From Selaginella moellendorffii (lineage: Eukaryota; Plantae; Lycopodiophyta), in the NCBI RefSeq assembly GCF_000143415.4, contig NW_003314361.1, forward strand, positions 310,001 to 374,000: 64,000 bases of DNA, given 5' to 3'. Below the pieces are notes generated by a model that saw only the letters and a list, made by a program, of their open reading frames with translations, was not told the DNA's origin and made no database searches. Of the stretch, positions 45,459-55,780 are shown piece after piece; positions within the stretch are counted from its first letter, which is position 1; each line of letters starts with the position of its first letter. Made by a program: the position numbers and the translations under genes.

Positions 45459-46856
45459 CTAGGCTCTGTTCGATACTTTTGCCGATATCCACTCTACCAG
45501 AGCCTTGTTCACCTCTCCCGGGGCTTCGTCGTGTGGACAATGCCCGGCTTCCAAAGTCACAACCGTAGTATCTTTGTAGAAGGCTCTGATCTTCTCTGCT
45601 TTTCCAGGACCAACCCAGGGATCCAACACTCCCCATAAAAGTAGAAGTGGACACGAGAGATTGGATAGTAGCGAGTCCATGGTCAGCGTCGAGGGCCTGA
45701 GCATAAAGCTCGACATCATCCTGAAACTCGAGTCATTTAACACTCACGAGAAGACTATGTGCATACCTGTAGTAGACTTCAGCTGCGTTGGGGTCCTTTG
45801 TTGGTAAAACGATCGACTCCACAAGATAGTCATCCACGTTCTCGTTGTCCTTGTACACCTGGTAGCAAGTTTTAGTACTCGGGATAGAAAAGAAAACCAG
45901 AATAACAGACGTTTTGTAGTACTGAGCGGATTCGAGAAGGCTGTTTGGCTTGCCAGAATGTCAGGAAAACTAACCATCGTCTTCCCCATTCTTGGATAGG
46001 ATTGATTAGTCTCCTTAGTGCTGTTTCTTCCACAACAGGTTTCGCTTTCTTCTCTTTCAGTTCACTTTCAAACTGTCCTGATGAATTTAGAAGAACCACG
46101 CCAGAGACGAGTTCAGGATAAACTGAAGCTGTGTGAAGCACTGTAAATCCACCAATGCTGTATCAAAATGCCAAGAAAACTAAGATCCTAGGCATGCAGG
46201 AAAACGAAAGAAGAAAGTAGTAGGACTTACCTGTTTCCCACAAGCACCACAGGCTCTTGGACAACTTCCCGGGCAAAAGCGGCTACTTGTTCTCTCCACA
46301 GAAATGGATCATACTCAACAAGAGCTTTGTCACTCAGTCCAAATCCCAGCAAGTCCATTGCATACACTTTGAAATACTTTGCCAGCTCTGGAATGTTGTA
46401 CCTGCGAGAGTACAAAACTCACAAATGCCATGGCAAAAATCTATATTTCCGAAGCTTACCTCCAGTGAAAAGCTGACGCTCCAAAACCGTGCACCAGCAG
46501 AACAGGAGCTCCTTGGCCCTCGACAACGTAATGAATTCGGTGTGTTTTCCATTTCCAGAAGTTGTATCCTTCCTTTTTGAAAGGCAGCCTCTCGAGGCCT
46601 GTGAGAAAATAAACACCGTGCTCAATGCTGGAGAGCAAATCTTCTTACCTCTATAATTTGGAGCCATTGTATCGGCGTAAGCAGCCCTACACAGCAGTAA
46701 TCCGGCGGCTACCAAGGGTAAATCGATGAAAATCCTCCTCGTGATACCTCGTAACAATGGTCGATCAATCGAGCTCCTCCAGCGAGCGCCTTGCAGCAAA
46801 TTCCCACCTGGTCTGATCACGCGAGCAGCAGCAGGAGGCGGAGAAGAGAGCGCCAT
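45459..46856 (-). CDS. Chloroplast alpha/beta hydrolase (pheophytinase-like family), multi-exon
   Basis: Transit peptide, VLLVHGFGASAFHWR|YNIPELA, DLLGFG, VLVGN|SIGG nucleophile elbow, LLWGVLDPW, AGHCPHDE. Confidence 0.9.
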
Positions 46857-47567
46857 CGACCGCTCCTCCACATTCCCTAGCAACAACGTGTGGAGAGGAA
46901 GAACTAGGGCTTTGCGCTAACCTGGTTTTAGGGCTAATTCAAAAACTTTGGCGCCATTACAAACGTCAAACGTCATGGGTTCGAATCTCGTCTCGTGGAA
47001 AACAAGCATCTTCCTGTGTGTCGTCATTCGCGCCACGAATAGGTTGCGAGAATCGTTGACATGTAGCTTTAAGTTACAGTCCTCGATTAGTATACAATCC
47101 CATGGACAAAACTTAGAAAATTGGGAGACCCATTTGCTCGATTGCTACTCACCATTCTTGAGGTCACACTTGTTCCACCAAAATTTCCCAATCGAATGGT
47201 TGTTAACTATAACAACACCGCCACACTATGGTCAATTCAACCATGCTAGCATTCACTAAAACAACATGCGCTAGGCCCACGGTCACGATTCGCTTGATCC
47301 ACATTTGCACGGCTGGGATCGTCCAGAGCGGGATTGCGCGTCATCTGGTACCACGAAATGGGCACCAGATGGACGGTCGCGATGCATTCCAGGCTGTGCA
47401 TATATACACGTTATTAAGCTCTTTGGCGAGGCCCCCTTCACAGCCAGAGGAATCGCTCAGGGGATAAGGAAGTTTAGGGCTCTTGGTTTGTCGTTGCAAA
47501 GGCATGCATTGCCGCTGCGATATTTCGAGCGATTGACCGCCCGTCTAGCGATTTCTGGGAGCTGCCG

Positions 47568-49750
47568 ATGGCTTTGGAGGCTGTTTTTAGCAATGCTGGA
47601 GGGCGCATCGGGAGCACGGCGCATGTAAGGTTTCCTGGAGCTGGGATTTCTCATGGATGTGGAAATTTCTTTCTAGGGGGATTTGCAGCAGCTGAGCTCG
47701 AGCTCCAGTTCGTGTTTCACAGGGAGGAAATTGGCAGTAACAGGTGCGTGAAACACGTTTTCGACAGCGACAGTGCTCATTCGTTCTAGCTTTGCATGTT
47801 TGCAGGCGCTCAATGTGGTACCTCCTCCAGTACGCAAGAGTGCTCAAGAAATGCTGGTTCCTCTAAGATACGCTGCTCGTCAAATGGTCCCCCCTCAGCT
47901 TGGCCAGGCAGAGCAATGGTGGATGGAGCTAGAAAAAAATCCTGGGATGGACCAAAGCCCATTTCACTTCTTGGATCCACGGGCTCCATCGGCACACAGG
48001 TTAGAATTGTTTTTCTTCGTTTCCTATGCAAGCGATGAGGATGCTAACGTCGTGTTGTGCCAGACACTTGACATCGTCTCGGAAAATCCTGACAGATTCA
48101 AAGTTGTTGGGCTGGCTGCTGGCTCAAACGTTACACTTCTTGCTGATCAGGTAAACTACGAATTGGTCGTATCTGTTTTATACGAGCTTACACTGCCAAT
48201 CAACAGGTCAGGAGATTCAAACCAAGCATGGTTGGGATTCGAGACGCATCGCTAATCGACGAATTGAAAGAAGCCATTGCTGATCTTGACGTAAAACCAG
48301 AGATTGTCGTTGGGGACGAAGGAACTGTACAGGTACTTTGATTTTCTCAGTTTGGCTTTTGTCTTATGTTTTTCTCTTGTGTTTGCTTTTGGTTGCTCTT
48401 CAGATAGCGTGTCATCCAGAGGCAGTAGAAGTTGTGACAGGAATCGTTGGCTGTGCTGGCCTCAAGGTAAGCGTACACGAAAGTTTGTTCTTCAAGCACT
48501 TAGACATGTACAATATTCTTTTCAGCCTACAGTAGCGGCAATAGCAGCTGGAAAGGATATTGCTCTAGCCAACAAGGAAACTCTCATAGCCGGCGGGCCA
48601 TATGTTCTACCTCTTGCAAAGAAACACGGAATCAACATCCTACCTGCGGACTCGGAACATTCCGCAATTTTCCAGGTGATGTATTTTCTTTCCTCCAACA
48701 GTGTTTGTTTCTAACATTCAACCATGCGTATTTCAGTGCATTCAGGGGCTTCCAGAGGGCGGAATGCGTAGGATTGTTCTCACAGCATCTGGTGGAGCGT
48801 TCAGGTAACTAAAATTGACTGACCAGTCGTTATACTTCACCAATCCAAACTGAACTTCTCTTTAAAAATCAGGGACTGGCCAGTGGAAAGGCTCAAGGAC
48901 GTCAAACCAGCAGATGCGCTGAAGCATCCAAACTGGAGTATGGGAAAGAAAATTACTGTGGATTCGGCAACCTTGATGAACAAGGTAAAAAAACATTTTT
49001 ATACTTGTCTGCTGAACTAACATCTTCTGCTGGCAGGGACTCGAGGTCATTGAAGCTCACTATTTGTTTGGAGCTGACTATGATGACATTGACATTGTTA
49101 TCCATCCCCAATCGATTATACACTCCATGATCGAGACACAGGTAATATGAGTTGAATGCTTCAACACACAACTAACACAGCTAGTCAAATACAGGATTCC
49201 TCCATCCTGGCGCAATTGGGGTGGCCTGACATGCGACTACCTATTCTTTACACACTCTCTTGGCCGGATAGAGTTCCATGCTCAGAAATCACCTGGCCAA
49301 GGCTTGACTTTGTCAAGTAAGCTTCACATTTTATCACCTTGTCGGTTGGAAACATTTATTCACACCGGAGCTTTGAAACAGGACTGGATCGCTAACGTTC
49401 AAAGCCCCCGACCGAGCAAAGTATCCATCCATGGACATATCCTACGCAGCTGGAAGAATGGGAGGAACAATGACAGGAGTCATGAGCGCGGCCAACGAGA
49501 AAGCAGTGGAGCTCTTCCTAGACGAGAAGTAAGCAAAATAGTTAGTTTCCAAGGATTCTTTTCTCATGGCTGTGTTTCCAGGATTGGTTATTTCGACATC
49601 ATCAGATTGATCGAGAAGACTTGCGAAACGCACAAGCGAGATTTTGTCAAGGAGCCAAGCCTGGATGATATCCTCACATCCGACCGATGGGCCCGGATTT
49701 ACGCTGCGGAAGTCGCGGCACAGGCCCCTCCGCAACCTGTACCGGTATGA
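47568..49750 (+). CDS. DXR: 1-deoxy-D-xylulose 5-phosphate reductoisomerase, multi-exon
   Basis: [15 protein letters not shown]|[58 protein letters not shown]|[20 protein letters not shown]. Confidence 0.96.
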
Positions 49751-49754
49751 GAAT

Positions 49755-49933
49755 ATATATACACTTTCGGTTTTTTTCAACTAAAAGCTCTTGGTTCTCG
49801 ATCGAGTTCACTCGTAAAACGTTTCTTCCAGCTTCGTAGTCAGGGACGGGGTCCAAGAATGTACGCTGGAGGTCTCAAAGTCAGTGGATCTTTCTCGTTA
49901 TCACGCGAGGAAGAATGGTGGTAGTCCGTGGTG
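49755..49933. repeat. Direct duplicate of 51042-51226 (DXR 3' region vs PPR C-terminus)
   Basis: Near-identical core cttcgtagtcagggacggggtccaagaatgtacgctggaggtctcaaagtcagtggatctttctcgttatcac in both places. Confidence 0.92.
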
Positions 49934-49954
49934 CTGACAACCGAGTCGTAACCA

Positions 49955-50225
49955 TAGCAGCAGCAGGATGATCGCAATGAGCGTGCACTTCCGGGAGCTC
50001 CTCTGGTGCTGCTTGGCACAGTGGCTGCGAGTTCCCTGTCCACGTAGTTGGCCGCCATGCGATCATATCTCAATGAGCTTCCACCAGCACAGCCATGTCG
50101 AGGAAAATCTGGTGGAGTTCCAGCAAGTTCTTCTCGATTTCCTTTGCCTCTCCTGGATCTCCCGAATGGTTTCCAGCACCTCATACTGGATCGCCCTCTG
50201 GACGAACACCGGTCTCGACTCTCGA
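49955..50225 (-). pseudogene. Syntaxin (SYP1-type Qa-SNARE) C-terminal fragment
   Basis: FVQRAIQ..VLETIREIQER / KEIEKNLLELHQIFLDMAVLVEA / AANYVDR / AKQHQRSSRKCTLIAIILLLL across frameshifts. Confidence 0.85.
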
Positions 50226-51132
50226 TGGATATTGCATATTGCAATCAGTAAATGATTTGCCATTCTGTGCACTTCACTTTCTGGTTGCAATATGCCTCCA
50301 GTTCATCTTTCGTCTCTCGCAGCCGCTTACAACTACTATAGTAATTTTGTGTTTACATCTATGACTGATTATTCATCAGATACGATATAGACCACAGCTC
50401 CCAGGAGAACAACATTCGCATGCTTGAAGCAATGGCTTTTTTCACCGAATTTTGTCCAAATGGCATCTGGCCATACAAAGGTATGGCAATTAGGACGGCA
50501 GTGCAGCATTTTGCAGACCATGCCTTTGGCTGGTGTGATTTACCGTTTCTCTAGCCACTATAGATGCTTTGTGGATGAGAAGATGATGAAGGCTCACAAA
50601 ACCAAGAAAGAGATTCTAGGATACCATATATGTTACACTGCTACTTTGGGAGGTATGTTTTTTGTGTTCTATTGCTTTCTATTTATTTAGCATTCAATTT
50701 TAGCCCACTTATGTGGTGTTAACCTCTAAAATAAACTTCAAATGAGTTTGTATTCAAAGTTCATCGCAATTATACACAGCACTATGTTATTTTATCATCA
50801 CAAGCTGAATTCCATGTGGTGGAATGTGTGATGTATCATTTTGTGATCACAAAGTATTTCATTTGTAAGTTATATATTTTTTTACAACATTTATAATATT
50901 AATATTAAAATATAAAATGGATCATGGAGGGTAGGGACAAAACTTTAAACATCACTTGCATCAAGTGTAAGAGGTAGATCCTATCACTATAACAGTGGTG
51001 AAATGAGTTATGATTGTACACAAAGAAAGTTGAGTCTTTGCTATATACATTTCAGTTCTTTCAACTAAAAGCACTGGTTGCTTGCACTTCTCGATCGAGT
51101 TCACTCTTAAAACGTTCCTTGCAACTTCGTAG

Positions 51133-53475
51133 TCAGGGACGGGGTCCAAGAATGTACGCTGGAGGTCTCAAAGTCAGTGGATCTTTCTCGTTATCACACA
51201 AGGAAGAATGGTGGTAGTCCGTGGTGGTGGTGGTGGTGGTGGTGGTGGTGGTGGGAGGAGGATTACTACTACTACTACTACCACTCGGCTCCCTCTTGAG
51301 ACCCCTATCCTCCATAAGCTTCTTGAGCTGGAGGAGCTCGTCCCACATCCCGGCTGCGACGTAGATCTTCCCAAGCATCAAGTAAGCTAGTGCATTCTTT
51401 GGTTCCATCTCGAAAACCCGATCCGCAGCTCTTCTTCCCAGCTCCACCTTCGAGTGCCTCTCACAGGCAGCCAGCAAGCTCATCCAAGCGCCACAACCGG
51501 GCGCAAACGGCATCGAGTTGATGAGCTCCTCGGCCTGTGCCACCTTTCCCGACCGCCCAAGAAGATCGATGACAAAGTGGTAGTGCTCGGCACCCGGCTG
51601 GATGTCACAGTCGTGGATCATGATCTGGAAGTAGAACACGGCCTCACGGAGAGAATTTGCGGCACTGCAAGACGAGAGAAGGCTGACGAAAGTGATCCGG
51701 TTGGGCTTCAATCCTCGTTGCGCCATCTCCCAGAAGAGTTCCAGCGCGAGCTCGAGCTTTCCATGGTGGCCGTAAGCCGCGATCATGGTGGTGACCAGCA
51801 CCACGCTCCTCTTCCGCGAGAGCTCCCGGAAGATCGCCACCGCGTCGCCCAAGCTGCCGCACTTGGAATACATCGCGATCAAGGCCGACGCGACGATCAC
51901 GTCCGTGTCGCAAGCTCTGGCGATGGCCTGCGTGTGGATCATCCGCCCCTCGCCCAGCGCCGCGGTTCCGATGGATCCACACGCCTCGAGCACCGCCGCG
52001 AAAGTGTTTCGATCCGGCCGGACGGGCGGAGCTCCTCGCCTCTCCGCGAGGATCATCTCCGCGTAGAGCCGCAGCGCCTCGCGGGGATGGCCGCGAGCAG
52101 TGTAGGCCGCGATGAGCGCGTTCCAAAGGAGAGCTTCGCGCTGCCTCGCCACCATCGCTCTCGCGAGATCCATCTCGTCGCAGCACGCATACATGTTGAT
52201 GATCGCGGCAGCGAGCACTGGAGTGATCGATCGCATGCTCCTGCCCGCCACCGCCGCGTCGATCATCGCATGGACCTCCCTCCCCCGCGCGAAGTCCCGG
52301 CTCCGCGAGCACGCGTCCAGCGCGATTGTCATCGCCACCGCGTCGATCCTCACACCCTCGTCGCGCATCCTGGCGAAGAGCTCCAGCGCCGCGGCGTCGC
52401 GACCATTGTGCGCGAGCGCGCCCAGCATCGCCGTCCAGGAGATCAAGTTCCTCACCTCCATCGCGCGAAACACCGCGATGGATCGCTCCAGGCAGCCGCA
52501 TTTCCCATACATGCTCACCAGCGCGGTGGCTACCATCACATTCCACTCAAGCTTGCTCGCGGAGATGGCGGCGTGGATCTTCTTCCCATCCTCGAGCGAG
52601 TTTAGCACCGAGCACGCATCCAGCGCCGCGACGAACGTCCCAGCGTCGGGCCTCACGCAGCTATGCCTCATCCGCGCGTAGAGATCCAGCGCGCTCTTGC
52701 CCAATCCATTCAGCGCATAGGCCGAGATCATCGAGTTCCAGCAGATCACATCCTTGGCCGGCATCTTGTCGAAGACCATCTTCGCATCGCCCATGCTACC
52801 ACACTTGCCATACATGTTGACGATCGCGGTGGCCACCACGACGTTGGATTCCATCCCGCTCACGATGACGCTTGCGTGGATCATCCGCCCCTCGCGCAGC
52901 GCGCCCAGATTCGAGCACGCGTGGAGGAGGATCACGTAAGTCACTCGATCCGGGACGACAGTGGCGCCACTGTCCTTCATCCTCTGCGAGAGAACCAGCG
53001 CCTCGTTGGAATGCCCATTGTGGGCATACGCTGCGAGCATGATGTTCCACGAGAAGATGTTTGGATCCGGCGTGCGATCGAAGACCTTGCGCGCGTCGAT
53101 CAAGCTGCCGCATTCGCCATACATCTGGATTAAGAGATTCCTCAGCCGCGTCTCGCGATCGTGGCCAGTCTTGAAGATCTGCGCGTGGACGCGCTTGCCC
53201 TCTGCCAGCGCTCGAGCGCGGCCACACCGGCGGAGGAGGATCGCGTAGGTGGTGGTGTCGGGATTGCGCAGCAGCTGCTCCAGGCCAATCTCTTCCTTGG
53301 AGATTCGCCCCTTGCGCTGGAGGAGCTCGCGTTTCTTGGTCATCTTGTTCCTGGATCGCCGGACCACTGTGTGGATTCTTCCATCGTCAGCGTCGCTGCT
53401 ATGATACTGGAAGATCGAGGACGTCGCTGCGAGTGCTAGATTCCAGCAAGAATTCGCGGCCACCATGATCAACAT
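51133..53475 (-). CDS. PLS-class PPR-E protein with transit peptide and non-canonical C-terminal tail
   Basis: 780-aa ORF with P-L-S triplets. The E domain ends MEDRGLKREP, then poly-S/poly-T and a 28-aa tail. Confidence 0.92.
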   Translation of the reverse strand: MLIMVAANSCWNLALAATSSIFQYHSSDADDGRIHTVVRRSRNKMTKKRELLQRKGRISKEEIGLEQLLRNPDTTTYAILLRRCGRARALAEGKRVHAQIFKTGHDRETRLRNLLIQMYGECGSLIDARKVFDRTPDPNIFSWNIMLAAYAHNGHSNEALVLSQRMKDSGATVVPDRVTYVILLHACSNLGALREGRMIHASVIVSGMESNVVVATAIVNMYGKCGSMGDAKMVFDKMPAKDVICWNSMISAYALNGLGKSALDLYARMRHSCVRPDAGTFVAALDACSVLNSLEDGKKIHAAISASKLEWNVMVATALVSMYGKCGCLERSIAVFRAMEVRNLISWTAMLGALAHNGRDAAALELFARMRDEGVRIDAVAMTIALDACSRSRDFARGREVHAMIDAAVAGRSMRSITPVLAAAIINMYACCDEMDLARAMVARQREALLWNALIAAYTARGHPREALRLYAEMILAERRGAPPVRPDRNTFAAVLEACGSIGTAALGEGRMIHTQAIARACDTDVIVASALIAMYSKCGSLGDAVAIFRELSRKRSVVLVTTMIAAYGHHGKLELALELFWEMAQRGLKPNRITFVSLLSSCSAANSLREAVFYFQIMIHDCDIQPGAEHYHFVIDLLGRSGKVAQAEELINSMPFAPGCGAWMSLLAACERHSKVELGRRAADRVFEMEPKNALAYLMLGKIYVAAGMWDELLQLKKLMEDRGLKREPSGSSSSSNPPPTTTTTTTTTTTDYHHSSLCDNEKDPLTLRPPAYILGPRP
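51221..51281. repeat. Coding microsatellites, (GGT) about 11 units and (CTA) about 5 units
   Basis: Directly visible. They encode poly-Thr and poly-Ser in the PPR frame. Confidence 0.9.
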
Positions 53476-53537
53476 CGTCGAGATAGAGAAGAGCTACTCT
53501 ATCTCGATGCTTATAGAAGAAGAAGAAATTCCAACCT

Positions 53538-55322
53538 TTAGCTCACCATAGCTGCTAGTAACTCGAGCTCTACGTCTAGATCGCCGCTGGAGGTGTAGAG
53601 ATTCGATAGCAGCAAGTGAGGTCTTTGATTCCTCTCGTCCAACTCCGCGACCATCGTGGCTACTCGCTCGCCGCGCTTGATATCTCCGTGGATCCGGCAA
53701 GCTCCCAGAAGCGTGTTCCAGGCCACCGCGTCGGGAAGAAACGGCATCGTTCTCACGAGCTCCTCCGCCTCTTCCAGATGCTTGGCTCGCCCGAGAACGT
53801 CCACCATGCAGCAGTAGTGCTCCACGCCGGGTTTCATCCCAAACGCCGACTCGATCGATCGAAAGAATTCTCTTCCCCGGCTCACGAGCCCAAGATGGCT
53901 GCAACCTGTGAGGATGGTGACGAAGGTGATACCATCCGGCTGGAGTCCCTGGAGAGCGATCTTCCGGAAGATCATAGTGGCCATCTCGAGCTCTCCATTG
54001 TGGACGTAGCTCGCCACCATTGCAGTCCAAACCATCACGTCCGGGTAGTGCTCGATTCTCTCGAACACGGCCAGTGCTCCGTCCAGGCGACCATTGTGGG
54101 AGTATGCCACCATCATTGCGATGCACGAAACCATGTCCTTCTCCAGGACTTTCTCGAAGAACAGCGTCTCGGCCTCTTCCAGGCGGCTGCTCCGGCCGTA
54201 AACTTCGATGATCACGGTGCAAGTGATGCGATTCATCATGGGAATCCGGTGAAAGGTGGCCAAGGTCTCGGAGAGATGCCCGTTCCGGGCATACGACCAG
54301 AGAAGAGCGTTCCACACCGCTACTGTTCTTGGGAAGATCCGTGAGAAAAGCTCCTGGGCTTGTTCCGGATGCCCGTTTTGCGCGTAAGTCACCGCCATCT
54401 GGATCATTGACACCGAGTCGCGATCGCCCATGCTCTCAAAAAGCGATTTTGCATCGTCGAATAGGCCGTTCTCCGAGAGCCCCTGGGCAATGCTGTTCCA
54501 GGAGACCGTGTTGTGCTGTGGCATTCTCTCGAAAAACTTCTTTCCTGCTGCCCCTGACTGGTGATCCATCCGAGCAAACGCAGCAGCCATTGTGTTCCAC
54601 GAGAACACATCCCTTTGGAGCATCCTCGTATCGAAAAAAGCTTTAGCTCGATTCAGACTTCCATGCTTGGTGTACGCTGCTAGCATCTCGTTCCACGATA
54701 TCACGTCCCAGCACGGAATCCTCGAGAACAAAGACTCCACATCCTCGATCCCCCCGGTCACTGCGGCTTTCGCGTGGATCAGCGCGTTCCAAATCACCAC
54801 ATCCCTCACTTTGGCCGCATCAAACAGCCTCTTGGCCTCCAAAAAACTCCCTTCTCGAGCAAACCCTCCGATCATCGCATTCCAGGCCACCAGGCTGTGC
54901 TGTGGAATCCTCGCCAGAAAGATCTTCGCTCGGGAAAAATCCCCTTCCTGGGCATTTGCCGACACCATCGTGTTCCAAGACACCACATTCCTGCCCGGCA
55001 TCGCATGGAAGATCTTCCAAGCCTCCTCGAGCAGCCCTGCCGAGGCGTAGGATGCGATGAGAATGTTGAATGAGAAGACATTGGGATGCTCGATCGCATC
55101 AAACACCGCCCTGGCCTCCCCCAATCCCCCGCATTTGCCATACATGTCGATGACGAGATTGAGGAGGAAGACATCCTGGCCATGCTGCCGCTGGAGATCC
55201 AAGACGCGCTTGTGGATCCGCCGCCCCGCCGAGAGATCCCCGGAATTACCACACGATCGCAGTAGATTCGCAAGATGCGTGACCTGGAGAGCTCCACAAC
55301 AAGAGGAAGAAGAAGCTCTCAT
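53538..55322 (-). CDS. PLS/SS-type PPR-E protein
   Basis: 594-aa ORF, HYCCMVDVLGRA..MPFLPDAVAWNTLLGACRIHG..LLLSNLY, no DYW. Confidence 0.92.
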   Translation of the reverse strand: MRASSSSCCGALQVTHLANLLRSCGNSGDLSAGRRIHKRVLDLQRQHGQDVFLLNLVIDMYGKCGGLGEARAVFDAIEHPNVFSFNILIASYASAGLLEEAWKIFHAMPGRNVVSWNTMVSANAQEGDFSRAKIFLARIPQHSLVAWNAMIGGFAREGSFLEAKRLFDAAKVRDVVIWNALIHAKAAVTGGIEDVESLFSRIPCWDVISWNEMLAAYTKHGSLNRAKAFFDTRMLQRDVFSWNTMAAAFARMDHQSGAAGKKFFERMPQHNTVSWNSIAQGLSENGLFDDAKSLFESMGDRDSVSMIQMAVTYAQNGHPEQAQELFSRIFPRTVAVWNALLWSYARNGHLSETLATFHRIPMMNRITCTVIIEVYGRSSRLEEAETLFFEKVLEKDMVSCIAMMVAYSHNGRLDGALAVFERIEHYPDVMVWTAMVASYVHNGELEMATMIFRKIALQGLQPDGITFVTILTGCSHLGLVSRGREFFRSIESAFGMKPGVEHYCCMVDVLGRAKHLEEAEELVRTMPFLPDAVAWNTLLGACRIHGDIKRGERVATMVAELDERNQRPHLLLSNLYTSSGDLDVELELLAAMVS

Positions 55323-55780
55323 GCACCAAGAGCCCTAGCATCTTAACGGTCCAGTTTAGGTTCGGGCAATCCGACGGCTCGTATAATTCCCGGAGCTAAC
55401 TGGCTCGGGATAGGTCTGGGGGGGCTTTACTCTATTATTTTGTTGTGTTGTTTAGCGTCAGAGGAGACGCGCTGCTTGAGAGCGGCACCGCAAATCTCTG
55501 GGGCACGGCGCCACAGGGGCAGGGTGCCGGAGCGGCGGCGGCGAATCCAGGTTGGTAGCAGCTTCTAAGAGCGCGAATCGAAGCTGCGGAGGCCCGGGAG
55601 GGAGTCGCCATGGCCGATTTGTGGAACTTGTGAGAGCGGCCTGGATTTGGAGGGGCCGAGACCGCAGGGCAGCTTCTACGCATCGCAGGTGAGCGAAATT
55701 TCTGCTCTGGGGTCCAGAGATTAGGTCATGGTATTCATACGAGAGATCTTCTCTCTTTCTTTTGGCAGTGACGATTGAGA

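Noticed and set aside
44340-49750. CASPL, hydrolase and DXR as a biosynthetic gene cluster
   Set aside because: No terpene synthase, P450 or other pathway partner. This looks like an ordinary gene neighbourhood.
49840-50244. 134-aa ORF as a real gene
   Set aside because: Mostly out-of-frame syntaxin relic joined to the duplicated block.
50360-50655. Exon-like stretch ENNIRMLEAMAFFTEFCPNGIWPYK | HYRCFVDEK
   Set aside because: No family recognised and no start or continuation found.
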